Below, in pieces: positions 28,739 to 39,536 of a stretch of DNA of 64,000 nt. The DNA lies in contig CAWDFP010000006.1 in NCBI GenBank assembly GCA_963801605.1, forward strand, positions 640,001-704,000, read 5' to 3'. The stretch's first letter is position 1, and every line of letters starts with the position of its first letter. This stretch comes from an uncultured candidate division Zixibacteria bacterium (GTDB lineage Bacteria > Zixibacteria > MSB-5A5 > UBA10806). The translations under genes and the position numbers were made by a program. Under the pieces are notes generated by a model. That model saw only the letters and a program-made list of their open reading frames with translations, had not been told where the DNA came from and searched no databases.

Positions 28739-30620
28739 TAAATATTTCGAATCGCGAAATAATCCGCGATTCTTCTTTAATCCGGATGATAAGCGCAAAA
28801 TTATTAAGGCGATGAAGCGTCATTTTCCACGGGAATCTAAAGCGGTTATTGACCGCGCGCAAATGGCGCTTGAACATACTTTCGATCTTCTTGGTTCCGG
28901 GCCAAACACCTTAGGTCAGAAGATCAACTGGAATCATGATTTCAAATCCGGTAAAAGCTGGCCCAAAGAACACTTTACCAAAATTCGCATTGTTGATCCA
29001 AACGATAAATCTGATATCAAGGTCACCTGGGAATTATCTCGTTTACAATTTGTAACCGAACTCGGTCGAGCCTATTGGCTCACCGACGATAATACATACA
29101 AGTATGAGTTTAAATCGATTATTTCCGATTGGCAAGATTCCAACCCCATTGACATTGGCCCCAATTGGACCTGTAGTATGGAAGTTGCCATCAGGGCTAT
29201 TAATATAATCTGGGGGTTGCAATTCTTCGAATTTGACGAAAATGAAAAGGAATTTGTCAAAAAGAGCGTTCGTCTTCTCTACTACCACGGTTTGCATATC
29301 GAGAAAAACCTGGAAATTACCGCCGACGGCGCCAATTCCAATCATCTAATCAGCGACTATCTGGGACTGTTTTATATCGGGCTGCTTGTTCCTGAGCTAA
29401 AAAAGTCCAGGCGCTGGCTAAGACTAGGACGTGAGGGCCTTGAGAGACAGATGCGGTCACAGGTTTTAGCGGATGGCGCCGACTATGAATGCTCAACCTC
29501 ATATCATCGTCTTGTGCTGGAGATGTTTCTTTCGGCATATTTGCTCGGCAAGAATAATAATCTGGAATTTTCCGCTGACTACCGAACTCGTCTTGAAGCA
29601 ATGATAACCTATTCGGAAGCGTTGACTCCGGCCTCCGGGATGGCCCCATTGATCGGCGATAATGATGATGGATTCGTGGTAAAACTCTCAACCGATAATC
29701 CCGCTGACCATAGACCACTAATCGATATTGGCCGTATCGCTCTTGAAAAATGCACATCCCATGATATACCCGGAACCGAAGAACGGCTCTGGTACCTTGG
29801 ACCGGACAGCATATCCATCATGAACGATTCCGAGCCTCCGCAATCCCATCTTTTTGAAAATAGCGGCTACGCCGTGATAAGAGGTCGTGATTTCCATTTG
29901 GTTTTTAATGCTGCCGGAGTACCCAGAAAAAATTTCGGAGGACATAAACATAACGATCTTCTCTCATTCACGTTAGAAATGGATGGAATCGCATACCTGA
30001 TTGATCCCGGTACGTTTTGTTATTCTGCCGATTATGCTATGAGAAATCTCTCCAGATCGGCCGGCATCCATAATACTGTCGTCGTCGATAATGCCGAACA
30101 AAACCGTTTTCTGGATAACAGATTATTCTTCCTGATGAGCGATGCCTCACCGGCTATCAAACTATGGGCTAAGACCGAAAAATCAGTCGTGGTTTCAGCG
30201 TCCCATGACGGTTACAAACGCCTCGATGGAATTATCCATCGTCGTACCATTACCGCCTGGCCCGATTCCGGTCAGATTCATCTACGGGATGATTTTACCG
30301 GAGACAAAGGGAAATCTCATTCCTACTGCCTGCAATTTGTAACGCCTATCCTCGATATCAGGCTAATCGACCGTGCCAGTCTCGAAATCTGCGGAGCAAA
30401 ATCTCGCGGACTTTATATAAGAGCCTCGGAGGAAGGTCTTGAAGATCTCCAAGTGACTCCGATAGACTATTTCCCTCGATATGGAGTCAAGGCCCCTGCG
30501 ATGCAAATTAAATTTATTTATCGTTGTTCACCGCCTTTTGGCTTTTCGGCATCGATCGGACTTCTCAGGCACCAGAGAGTATTAAGCATAAAGCATGAAA
30601 CGGTTGAGGCCGCGGTATGA
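28686..30620 (+). CDS. Heparinase II/III family protein (frame is open from ~28575, so the start is uncertain)
   Basis: 'DIKVTWELSRLQ', 'EVAIRAIN', 'NHLISD', 'DG.DYE.STSYH', 'GHKHNDLLSF', 'DPGT..Y' and 'HNTVVVD'. Confidence 0.88.
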   Translation: MEIEKFYAKRWRGELPDNKYFESRNNPRFFFNPDDKRKIIKAMKRHFPRESKAVIDRAQMALEHTFDLLGSGPNTLGQKINWNHDFKSGKSWPKEHFTKIRIVDPNDKSDIKVTWELSRLQFVTELGRAYWLTDDNTYKYEFKSIISDWQDSNPIDIGPNWTCSMEVAIRAINIIWGLQFFEFDENEKEFVKKSVRLLYYHGLHIEKNLEITADGANSNHLISDYLGLFYIGLLVPELKKSRRWLRLGREGLERQMRSQVLADGADYECSTSYHRLVLEMFLSAYLLGKNNNLEFSADYRTRLEAMITYSEALTPASGMAPLIGDNDDGFVVKLSTDNPADHRPLIDIGRIALEKCTSHDIPGTEERLWYLGPDSISIMNDSEPPQSHLFENSGYAVIRGRDFHLVFNAAGVPRKNFGGHKHNDLLSFTLEMDGIAYLIDPGTFCYSADYAMRNLSRSAGIHNTVVVDNAEQNRFLDNRLFFLMSDASPAIKLWAKTEKSVVVSASHDGYKRLDGIIHRRTITAWPDSGQIHLRDDFTGDKGKSHSYCLQFVTPILDIRLIDRASLEICGAKSRGLYIRASEEGLEDLQVTPIDYFPRYGVKAPAMQIKFIYRCSPPFGFSASIGLLRHQRVLSIKHETVEAAV

Positions 30621-30674
30621 CCGCAGAAGTCGAACATTTCGAATCGACATGTTATCCTCTGGAAAATCGCTCTG

Positions 30675-32207
30675 GTGGGATTTACCCTGGCAATTTCGGG
30701 TTGGGTGAGTACGATAGGCATTACCTGTAATCAAATATTTGCGATCATTCTTTCGCTGGTAACCGTAACAATCTGGTTTAACAATAAACTTTCCGGAGCA
30801 ATTTCGGGAATCTTCTTGTATTTGACTAAATCTTTTTGGGTGCGCCTGGCGTTTGCTATCGATATAAGAATTTCGGGAAACTTTGGTTTTGATCTTTTGG
30901 GCGTCACCCCGGCCCTTCTTCTGGCTGCCCTTACGACTCTCGAGATTTATACCAGACTATCCAAAGGCGAAAAGATTTGTCCGGATAATAGCAGAAAACT
31001 ATTAGCGGCCTTTATAGCGATAAATTTTTTGAGCATATTTAATCCGTCAAGTTCCCTAATGATTGGACTTGGGGGCTTCGAACGCAATATCCTTCCAAAT
31101 ATTACAATGCTTTATCTATTAGCGTCAGTTGTTACCGAACAGAAGCATCTGGTGGTTCTGGTAAAATCGTTTCTGGTGTTAGGAGTAATTTCATGTACCT
31201 ACGCCGTCGGGCAGTATTTTGCAGTTCTCTACCCCTGGGAATTTGACTGGTTTCGGCAAGTAGCCCTCGATGATGGGTTGGCTGGTCGCATGACTATCGG
31301 CCTCAGGGGAATCGAATTTCGCCTATTCTCGATCTTCTATGGCTATATGGATTTCTTCTTTACAAATGTTTTAATTTTCGCATTGGCATTAACGCATAAG
31401 GATGAGTTAATAGGCAACTGGCGTAAACTTCGCACTCTTTATTTTGTGTTGTGGTGGGTTGTCCTGGGTTTATCGATTGAGAGGATGCCGCTACTCATGA
31501 CCCTGGCAATAATGCTGGTACTAAAGTACATAAGGGCATCATCGGGACAACGCCGCAAGATGATTTGGCGCTCTGTCTTTGCAGCTGGAACTATTTACAT
31601 TATCCTCTTGATTGCAGGGCCGGCTCTGAAATCAACCGGAGCAGATAAGTTAATCCGCCTGGCGGAACTTGCTAACCCCTTTGCGGCCGGTTCTATCAAT
31701 GATCGCGCAGAAAACAAGTGGGGCCCGGCCATAGAAACTATCAAAAGCAATCCCTTGGGCGTTGGTATAGGCTATGGGAGCCAAACGATAGCCGACATCG
31801 AGGCTGCCCAATCGGGCCTGTTTGTTCAGCCACATAACGAACTTATCCAAAAGACGCTCGAGGGTGGATACCTCGGAGGGCTTTTATTTCTTCTTTTCTT
31901 TATCGCTCTCTACAAAGATTTTTTAAAAATTAGCAGAACTTCTATCTACAGAGCCTTCAGCCTTGCCATGATATCCAGTACAATCGCCCTTTGGATGTGC
32001 GGCATGGTAAATCTTCCTTTTTGCGGTGCTTCCGGGTTGGTTTACTGGAGCCTGGCCGGGGCGACTCTGGCTATAAAAGACCATAGGTTTTTTGACAATA
32101 TAGATGGTTATCAAATTTTGAACAATACCGATAAAGATAATGACAATGTGATGCAACTTGAAACATGCGTAAACACGACAACAAGGGTAGACAATGATAC
32201 GCAATAA
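30675..32207 (+). CDS. O-antigen ligase / Wzy-like polymerase family membrane protein
   Basis: Multi-TM protein. Periplasmic loop 'R...W..AI..IK.NPLGVGIG...PHNELI...LEGG..G'. Confidence 0.75.
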   Translation: MGFTLAISGWVSTIGITCNQIFAIILSLVTVTIWFNNKLSGAISGIFLYLTKSFWVRLAFAIDIRISGNFGFDLLGVTPALLLAALTTLEIYTRLSKGEKICPDNSRKLLAAFIAINFLSIFNPSSSLMIGLGGFERNILPNITMLYLLASVVTEQKHLVVLVKSFLVLGVISCTYAVGQYFAVLYPWEFDWFRQVALDDGLAGRMTIGLRGIEFRLFSIFYGYMDFFFTNVLIFALALTHKDELIGNWRKLRTLYFVLWWVVLGLSIERMPLLMTLAIMLVLKYIRASSGQRRKMIWRSVFAAGTIYIILLIAGPALKSTGADKLIRLAELANPFAAGSINDRAENKWGPAIETIKSNPLGVGIGYGSQTIADIEAAQSGLFVQPHNELIQKTLEGGYLGGLLFLLFFIALYKDFLKISRTSIYRAFSLAMISSTIALWMCGMVNLPFCGASGLVYWSLAGATLAIKDHRFFDNIDGYQILNNTDKDNDNVMQLETCVNTTTRVDNDTQ

Positions 32208-33480
32208 CTGCGGTCAACATGAAAAATATAACCCTATCCAAAAATTAAAACGCTTTTTCATCCCGGAGATCCCTCCCCCGGCACAATCGGCTGAGCTTTC
32301 TCTTGAGAATAATCAAGGTCTTCGAGGCCAGGATATCGTTACCCTTTCCACTCAGGATTGGCGCGATCTCTGGACCAGAAAACAGCGTTTCATGCTGCAG
32401 TTTGCTCGTCAGGGGAATAAGGTGCTTTACATGGAAACGCAATTTCATTGGTTAACTTATGTCAGAAGAATTAAACAGCAATGGCGTCGTATTTACCTGT
32501 TCCTCCTGGGACCGCGAGAGGCAGAGCCGAATCTTTATATCGTTACTCCGCCGATCATTTTCCCGGCTTTCCAGATTTACCCGTCAATAGCGAAATTAAA
32601 TAATTTCATTTTGGCGATTTATTTGCGGTCAGCCATGAAAAAAATAGGAATCAAGGAGCCGTTACTCTGGTTGTATACGCATTTTAATGAACCCCTTATC
32701 AAGGGACTTGGCGCCAAGCGGGCTCTTTATGAATGTGTTGATGAATTCTCCGGCGCTAAAGGATTAGTTAATGCCAGGGTAGCCGGGGACCTGGAGCTTG
32801 CTACACTCAGGGCTGTCGACGCCGCTATTGTTACCGCTCCTGGTCTAAAAAAATCCAAAATGGAGATTAACAGCAATATACACGTTGTCCCCAACGCTGC
32901 CAATGTGGCGCATTTTGAGCGAGCGGCATCCGGCAATCTTCCCGAACCAAACGATCTAAAGCGGATTCCTCGACCCAGATTGGTATTCGTGGGCGCGATT
33001 GCATATTGGATCGATCTTGAGCTTCTTCGCTACGTTGCAAGACAACGGCCAAATTGGCAAGTAGTCATGGTAGGGCCAATTCATGTAAATATCTCCGGCT
33101 TGGATGGCTTACCCAATATTCATTTCGTCGGGCGAAAGCCTTATGAAATCCTTCCCAATTACCTCGCCTGGTGCGATATAGCTCTAAATCCATATAAACT
33201 CGATTCGATTTCTGAAAACTGTTCGCCTCTAAAGATTTATGAATATATGGCCGCGGGCATGCCAACAGTATCAACCGATATGCCGGAAGCCCGGCAATTT
33301 CCCGGATTGATAGGCGTGGCGAAGAATTATGATGATTTTATACACGAAGCTGAAAAGATTTTAAACCGAACGGATGAGGCTCAAAGATCATCTTCAATTT
33401 CCTGTCGGACCGAGGCCAGGAAGCATTCCTGGGAAATGAGATTCCTTGAGGTTGAAAGAATTACCGAGGGAGTATTATGA
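32194..33480 (+). CDS. Glycosyltransferase (GT-B, GT4-like)
   Basis: 'W.RKQ', 'YECVDEF', 'VVPNAA', 'FVGAI..WID..L' and 'PLKIYEYMAAG.P.VST'. Confidence 0.88.
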   Translation: MIRNNCGQHEKYNPIQKLKRFFIPEIPPPAQSAELSLENNQGLRGQDIVTLSTQDWRDLWTRKQRFMLQFARQGNKVLYMETQFHWLTYVRRIKQQWRRIYLFLLGPREAEPNLYIVTPPIIFPAFQIYPSIAKLNNFILAIYLRSAMKKIGIKEPLLWLYTHFNEPLIKGLGAKRALYECVDEFSGAKGLVNARVAGDLELATLRAVDAAIVTAPGLKKSKMEINSNIHVVPNAANVAHFERAASGNLPEPNDLKRIPRPRLVFVGAIAYWIDLELLRYVARQRPNWQVVMVGPIHVNISGLDGLPNIHFVGRKPYEILPNYLAWCDIALNPYKLDSISENCSPLKIYEYMAAGMPTVSTDMPEARQFPGLIGVAKNYDDFIHEAEKILNRTDEAQRSSSISCRTEARKHSWEMRFLEVERITEGVL

Positions 33481-34691
33481 GAATCGCGATTAATGTGTTA
33501 CAAATAAAACGAGGCATTGGCCTTGTTCATCTAAATAAAATAATTGAATGGTTTGGAATCCTTGCCCCCAAAACCGAATTTATCCTGCTTGGTAAGCAAG
33601 GTCAGGAAAACCTGTTTGTTCCTTCCCCGGATAATTTTAAATATATTTTTTCCGAAATATCCGTCAAAAAGTTCGCGACCCACCTGCTCTGGGAGCGTAA
33701 TCAAATGCCGGAAATACTTAAGGAAATGAAACCCAATCTCCTTTTTGAGCCGGAAAACCGCACAACGCTTAAACCGCCCTGTCCCAGAGTAGCCCAGATT
33801 TATAACGTTGGACCATTCGATGATGATTTCCGCGACGGTGAGGGATTTCACTCTCGGATGAGACTTAATAATATGCAAAACGCGACAATTCAAAGTATCA
33901 AGGCGTCCACCGGAGCGATTTTTATATCCGAATACAGCCGCAGGGTCTTTTTTCAATTTATTAATCGGGCTCAAATAAATACTAAAGTTATTTATCACGG
34001 AAAACTCGAAAATTCTGAGAATTACCCCGACGATGGGGTGTTCACGAAATTCAATATTGACGGGCCCTATCTGCTATGTGTTTCAGATATCCGCCGCCAT
34101 AAGAAAATCATGGAACTGATAAAAAGCTATACCCTGGCGCTGACCAGGAGAGTCGACGTACCTCCGTTGGTCGTAGCCGGCGCTATTCGTTCCCATGAAT
34201 ATTTTACAGAAGTCCAAAAAATCATTGAGTGGTCGGGGCAAACCGAAAAAATTATTTTCACCGGACAACTCTCCCAACCAGAGGTGTTAGCCCTCTATCG
34301 AAACTGCCAGGCTTTTTTATTCCCATCTATTCTGGAAAGCTTCCCCGATATCCTTGTAGAAGCCCTATCCTCCGGTTGCGCCGTGGCTACCGCCAAGCGA
34401 GGGGTTATGTCGGAGATTGCCGGCAATGCCGCCCTCTATTTTGACCCCGATAATATCGAGGAATTTTCAACAAAAATCGTTGCCCTGATCAAAGATGATA
34501 CCCTCCGCTACAACCTCGGCCAAAAGGGCATTGAACGCGCCAAATTTTTCTCATGGGAAAAAACTGCCCGTCAGACGCTGGAATTCTTTAACGAAATCCT
34601 TAGAGCTAATTTACCAGGCTTATCGAAACCCGGTCAAAATGCCCCCTTACCATTTGATAAAAATGAACTGGTGAGAGCGCCAAAGTCTTGA
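33477..34691 (+). CDS. Glycosyltransferase family 4
   Basis: 'FLFPSILESFP..LVEAL..G', 'EIAGNAALYFDP' and 'FSWEKTARQTL'. Confidence 0.88.
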   Translation: MRIAINVLQIKRGIGLVHLNKIIEWFGILAPKTEFILLGKQGQENLFVPSPDNFKYIFSEISVKKFATHLLWERNQMPEILKEMKPNLLFEPENRTTLKPPCPRVAQIYNVGPFDDDFRDGEGFHSRMRLNNMQNATIQSIKASTGAIFISEYSRRVFFQFINRAQINTKVIYHGKLENSENYPDDGVFTKFNIDGPYLLCVSDIRRHKKIMELIKSYTLALTRRVDVPPLVVAGAIRSHEYFTEVQKIIEWSGQTEKIIFTGQLSQPEVLALYRNCQAFLFPSILESFPDILVEALSSGCAVATAKRGVMSEIAGNAALYFDPDNIEEFSTKIVALIKDDTLRYNLGQKGIERAKFFSWEKTARQTLEFFNEILRANLPGLSKPGQNAPLPFDKNELVRAPKS

Positions 34692-34769
34692 ACACATGAT
34701 GAGACTATTGATGAAATATAAAAAGAAAAATACCAACCAACGAATTGGAATGATCACAACAGGTGTGAA

Positions 34770-36119
34770 ATGCGTTCGTTAGGGAATTTGACACGATTGG
34801 CTCGATCCGGATATGTATTTGCCCATACTTATAATCTTTTGGGCAAATCGCAGTATTGGACAACAGAACAATTGCGAGGATATCAACTTCGGCAGCTCAA
34901 GAAGCTGATACATTATTCTTATAATAATATCCCCTTTTATAAAGAACTCTGGACTCGCGCCAGGTTTAGCCCGAACGATCTCAAAACCCTTGACGATATT
35001 AAGCGTATCCCCTTCACAACAAAAGAAAGCATTCGGGAGTGCGCATCCAGGCAAAAAATACAATATCTCAAAGCCACGGGAATCAAATATGTGACAACGG
35101 GCGGGTCCGCAGGGATTCCATTAGGATTTTTCGAGGAAGAGCATACTGCCATGGCCAGAGAAATGGCTTTCATCTATCGTCTTTGGGAAAGAGCCGGATA
35201 TAGAATTGGTGATAAAAGAATTGTCCTGCGAGCGAAATTAATCAGCGGCGCGAAGTTCGGCCAGTTTGGGCATCATATTCCGCTCCGGAGAGAGCTAAGG
35301 CTTTCATCAAATTACATGACCGATGAAAATCTGACAACTTACTTAAAAATGATCAATGATTATCGAGCTCCTTTCATGCACGCTTTTCCATCGACGATTA
35401 CGATTCTCGCCGATTACATGAAACGCAACGGAATTGCCCCATTTCCGTTTTTAAGAGGCATATTGGTTGGCTCCGAAAACTTGTATGAATGGCAAAAGGA
35501 ATTAATCGAAAATATTTTTCAATGCCGAGTTTATAGCTGGTACGGCCATAGCGAGAAAGCAGCGCTGGCCGGTCAATGCGAAAAACATAACCATTATCAT
35601 ATTTTCCCGGAATATGGTGTTACGGAATTAATTAATGAATGCGGCAATGCGATCAATGAGAAGGGGAAATCAGGGGAAATCGTTGCCACCGGTTTCAATA
35701 ATTACGTAACCCCTTTTATAAGATACCGGACGATGGATTTTGGCATCTACGGCGATTCGCAGTGTTCATGCGGCCGGAATTATCCCATTCTCGAAAAGAT
35801 TGTCGGCCGGTTACAGGAATTGCTGGTCTCCGACGATAACCGGCTCATTCCGATTTCGGCTCTCAACGTGCATAGCGATATATTCGATAGCATTCGTCAA
35901 TTTCAATTCTATCAGGAAAAAAAGGGCGAAGTCGATTTAAATCTCGTTCGAGCCGGATCGTTTTCGGACCAGGACGGAATTCGCATCAAAGCGGAAATAA
36001 GCGAAAAATTGGGCGCTAATATGCGGTTAAATCTTAATTACCGAGATGAGATCCAGCCTACAAGCTCAGGTAAATATCGTCTGCTTATTCAAAAGCTGCC
36101 GGTGAAATATAATGATTAA
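34770..36119 (+). CDS. CapK-like phenylacetate-CoA ligase family (adenylate-forming) protein
   Basis: 'TTGGSAG.P', 'YGHSE', 'GEIVATGF.N...PFIRYRT.D' and 'IVGR'. Confidence 0.85.
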   Translation: MRSLGNLTRLARSGYVFAHTYNLLGKSQYWTTEQLRGYQLRQLKKLIHYSYNNIPFYKELWTRARFSPNDLKTLDDIKRIPFTTKESIRECASRQKIQYLKATGIKYVTTGGSAGIPLGFFEEEHTAMAREMAFIYRLWERAGYRIGDKRIVLRAKLISGAKFGQFGHHIPLRRELRLSSNYMTDENLTTYLKMINDYRAPFMHAFPSTITILADYMKRNGIAPFPFLRGILVGSENLYEWQKELIENIFQCRVYSWYGHSEKAALAGQCEKHNHYHIFPEYGVTELINECGNAINEKGKSGEIVATGFNNYVTPFIRYRTMDFGIYGDSQCSCGRNYPILEKIVGRLQELLVSDDNRLIPISALNVHSDIFDSIRQFQFYQEKKGEVDLNLVRAGSFSDQDGIRIKAEISEKLGANMRLNLNYRDEIQPTSSGKYRLLIQKLPVKYND

Positions 36120-37353
36120 ATTCAAACAAAGAATTATTACCAAGGATAAACTGAGGATAGCCATTAAAGCCGTCCAGATAACCACGGGCGGCGGCCTGAC
36201 TCATCTTACTAAAATCATCGAGTGGTTCGGAAAGCTGGCGCCTGAGACCGAATTTGTTCTTCTATGTAAAAAAGGTCAGGAAAAACTTTTTGGCCCGCCG
36301 CCGGATAATTTCAAATATAATTTTTACACGCTGCCCGGCCTTAATCTTCCAGCCCAACTTTTCTGGGAACGAAATATACTGCCGGGAATTTTAACGAATA
36401 TTAAGGCCAATCTACTTTTTGAGCCGGGGAATCGCGGATCATTGAGATCGCCAGTTCCGAAAGTATCGCTCATTCATAATGTCGCGCCGTTTGAAAATCA
36501 ATTGCAGTTAACGGATTCCCTGTATAAAAAGATCCGCCTCTCATTTCTTAAACAAGCTTCCATCTCGAGCATGAAAAGATCACAGGGGATAATTTTTATT
36601 TCAAATTCAAGTCGAAATGTGATTTCCAGACATTTCGATTTAACATCGATTAAAAATACCGTTATTTACCACGGCAAAATGGAAAATGGCCACAGTGAGA
36701 ACGATATCCAATCCCTGCCAAAATTACCTCGGAGATACCTGTTATGCGTATCACATATCTATCGATATAAAAAAATAAATGAGATGGTGCAGGCTTATTA
36801 TCGTGCCCGAAACTTAAATCCCGATATCCCGCCTTTGCTTATAGCTGGCTCCAACTATGCGCCTCGATATATGCAGGAAATTGCTGCGGTAATAAACAAA
36901 TCAGGAGAATCTGATTCTATCCGATTTATTGGCAATATTCCTGAATCGGAGTTACAGGCATTATATCAAAATTGCGAAGCCTTCATATTTCCGTCGGCGT
37001 TGGAGGCCTGCCCCAATATTTTGATCGAGGCTTTATCTTGCGGATGTGCTATCGGCTGCTCCGATAGGAGCGTAATGCCGGAAATCGCTGATGAGGCCGC
37101 CTTATATTTTAATCCTGATAACATTGATGATTTCGCAAGCAAGATAGTGTCACTCGTTTCGAATAAAAAGCTACGAGAACAATTGTCAAGAAAGGCTATC
37201 GAGCGCGCCCAATATTTTTCCTGGGAGAAGACGGCTCGCCAGACCCTCGATTTCTTTAACGAAGTTCTCGGGATTTCCAATATAAACACATCTAAAACAT
37301 CAACGAAGTTAACGAGAAAACCGGAAACGGTTTGCTCTTTTAATGACAAGTAA
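36112..37353 (+). CDS. Glycosyltransferase family 4 (paralog of 33477..34691)
   Basis: 'FIFPSALEACPNILIEAL..G' and 'FSWEKTARQTL'. Confidence 0.88.
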   Translation: MIKFKQRIITKDKLRIAIKAVQITTGGGLTHLTKIIEWFGKLAPETEFVLLCKKGQEKLFGPPPDNFKYNFYTLPGLNLPAQLFWERNILPGILTNIKANLLFEPGNRGSLRSPVPKVSLIHNVAPFENQLQLTDSLYKKIRLSFLKQASISSMKRSQGIIFISNSSRNVISRHFDLTSIKNTVIYHGKMENGHSENDIQSLPKLPRRYLLCVSHIYRYKKINEMVQAYYRARNLNPDIPPLLIAGSNYAPRYMQEIAAVINKSGESDSIRFIGNIPESELQALYQNCEAFIFPSALEACPNILIEALSCGCAIGCSDRSVMPEIADEAALYFNPDNIDDFASKIVSLVSNKKLREQLSRKAIERAQYFSWEKTARQTLDFFNEVLGISNINTSKTSTKLTRKPETVCSFNDK

Positions 37354-37379
37354 TCGATTCTAAACATACTGAGGGTCAC

Positions 37380-39536
37380 ATGAAACAACTATTGCAATAC
37401 AACAAGGAAAAGGGCCCGCGGGTGACGAACATACCATCCCCGCAGATCAAGGGACCTGGGCTGCTGGTTTCAAATCGCAGTTCGCTCATTTCTGTAGGTA
37501 CCGAACGTCAGATGATCGAAATATCGCAGATGTCCCTGGTGGGAAAAGCCCGTCAACGGCCTGATATGGTCAAACAGGTTATTTCCAAGATGAAAACCGA
37601 GGGTATTGTCTCCACTTATAACAAGGTTATGGGACGGCTTAGTACGCCCACCGCGCTTGGTTATAGTTCAGCCGGGGTTGTCGAGGAGACTCATCGCGCA
37701 GTTGAAAAATGGACAAAGGGCGACCGCGCCGCCTGCGCCGGATTTGGATATGCTTGCCACTCCGAGAAGATTTTTGTGCCGACAAATTTGGCTGTTAAAA
37801 TTCCGGATAACGTTTCTTTTGAGGAAGCCAGTTTTGTGACTCTGGGCGCTATTGCGATGCAAGGAGTGCGGCAGGCAGATATCAGGTTAGGGGAGACGGT
37901 GGTTGTAATCGGATTGGGCTTGCTGGGCCAGATAACCTGCATGCTTCTTTCGGCGGCCGGTTGCCGCGTATTAGGAATCGATATAGACCGCGACAAAGTA
38001 GCCTTGGCGCACAAATTGGGCGCCGAACAGGCATTCCTTGCCGATGGCCTCGAAACCACTGCCGTCGCAAATGCCACTGCAGGCAGAGGAGCTGATGCAG
38101 TCATAATTACAGCCGCTTCAAATTCCGCCGGGCCAATAGAGTCTGCCGGTCAAATTTCGCGCGACCGGGGTAGAGTGGTAGCTGTTGGTCTGGTGAAGCT
38201 CGATGTGCCCAGAAAGATTTTCTACGATAAGGAATTGGAATTACGGCTCTCGCGCTCTTATGGCCCCGGCCGATATGATTATAGCTATGAGGAAGCTGGA
38301 CGCGACTACCCCTTCAGCTATGTGCGCTGGACAGAGAACCGCAACATGGAATCATTCCTGCAATTGATTTCGTCAGGTAAGATAAATATCAAGGAGCTTA
38401 TCACTCATCGGTTTGATATTGAAGATGCCCCGAAAGCGTACGATATGATCGCCGGGAAAACCGATGAAAAATTCCTGGGCGTAATACTTAATTATAAAGA
38501 AACTCCATCAGAACGTAAACCTTATGATACGGCATCTTTAAAACCGCAAAAGCTATCCAAGGTTGCTATTGGTTTCGTAGGAGCGGGAAACTTTGCATCG
38601 GGAGTGCTTCTTCCCAATATTTCTCAGATTAAAGAATATGAATGCGCAGCCATTATGTCCGGCAGCGGTGTAAGTGCGGCAAGCTCTAAAGAAAGATTTG
38701 GCTTTGAGAAAACCGTGGAATCATTTTCCGAGATCGTAAACTATCCCGGTATAGAAGCTGTCTTCATCGCCAATCGACATGATCAGCATGCCTCGAATGT
38801 GATTGAAGCCTTATCCAGGAAAAAGGCAACATTCGTAGAGAAGCCGCTTTGCCTTAATCGCGAGGAGTTGGAGCAGATAATTCTAACGAAGCAATCATCC
38901 GGTTCAGCGCTTATGGTGGGGTTCAACCGACGATTCGCACCCTTCGTCGAAAAGATCAAAGATGCTCTTTCTGATCGTCACTACCCGCTTTCGATGCACT
39001 ATCGCATCAATGCCGGATTTATTCCGTCGGGTACCTGGATTCAGGATGCTGAGTCGGGCGGCGGACGAATTATCGGCGAAGTCTGTCATTTTGTCGATCT
39101 ACTTTCTTTTATAACAGACGCCAGGCCAGTGAAAATATCGGCCGAATCTCTTTCGATGCCCGATAACCGATACCGTTCCGACGATAATCTTCAGATCACT
39201 ATTCGCTTTTCCGACGGTTCGGTGGGGACAATCAATTATGTCGCCAGTGGTAATAAAGCGGCCTCAAAGGAGTATTTGGAGATATTCGGAAACGGGCAGG
39301 CTATCATGATGGATGACTTTAAAACTCTGACCATCATAAACGAGGGCGGTAAGACAAGCCATTATAAAAACGCCCAGGATAAAGGGCATCGTAAAATGCT
39401 TGAAGCTTTTTCGGAGCATCTCCTGGAGGGGAAAGGATCACCGATTCCATTTGAGCATATAGTCGATTCTACTCAAGCTACCTTTTGCATACTCGATTCC
39501 CTTTCTACAGGAGAGCAGCAATGGATGATCGTCTGA
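37380..39536 (+). CDS. Bi-domain oxidoreductase (zinc-ADH-like plus Gfo/Idh/MocA), nucleotide-sugar modification
   Basis: 'SLISVGTE', 'GLGLLG', 'SRSYGPGRYD..YE', 'GFVGAGNF', 'FVEKP', 'VGFNRRFAP' and 'GGRIIGEVCHFVD'. Confidence 0.9.
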   Translation: MKQLLQYNKEKGPRVTNIPSPQIKGPGLLVSNRSSLISVGTERQMIEISQMSLVGKARQRPDMVKQVISKMKTEGIVSTYNKVMGRLSTPTALGYSSAGVVEETHRAVEKWTKGDRAACAGFGYACHSEKIFVPTNLAVKIPDNVSFEEASFVTLGAIAMQGVRQADIRLGETVVVIGLGLLGQITCMLLSAAGCRVLGIDIDRDKVALAHKLGAEQAFLADGLETTAVANATAGRGADAVIITAASNSAGPIESAGQISRDRGRVVAVGLVKLDVPRKIFYDKELELRLSRSYGPGRYDYSYEEAGRDYPFSYVRWTENRNMESFLQLISSGKINIKELITHRFDIEDAPKAYDMIAGKTDEKFLGVILNYKETPSERKPYDTASLKPQKLSKVAIGFVGAGNFASGVLLPNISQIKEYECAAIMSGSGVSAASSKERFGFEKTVESFSEIVNYPGIEAVFIANRHDQHASNVIEALSRKKATFVEKPLCLNREELEQIILTKQSSGSALMVGFNRRFAPFVEKIKDALSDRHYPLSMHYRINAGFIPSGTWIQDAESGGGRIIGEVCHFVDLLSFITDARPVKISAESLSMPDNRYRSDDNLQITIRFSDGSVGTINYVASGNKAASKEYLEIFGNGQAIMMDDFKTLTIINEGGKTSHYKNAQDKGHRKMLEAFSEHLLEGKGSPIPFEHIVDSTQATFCILDSLSTGEQQWMIV

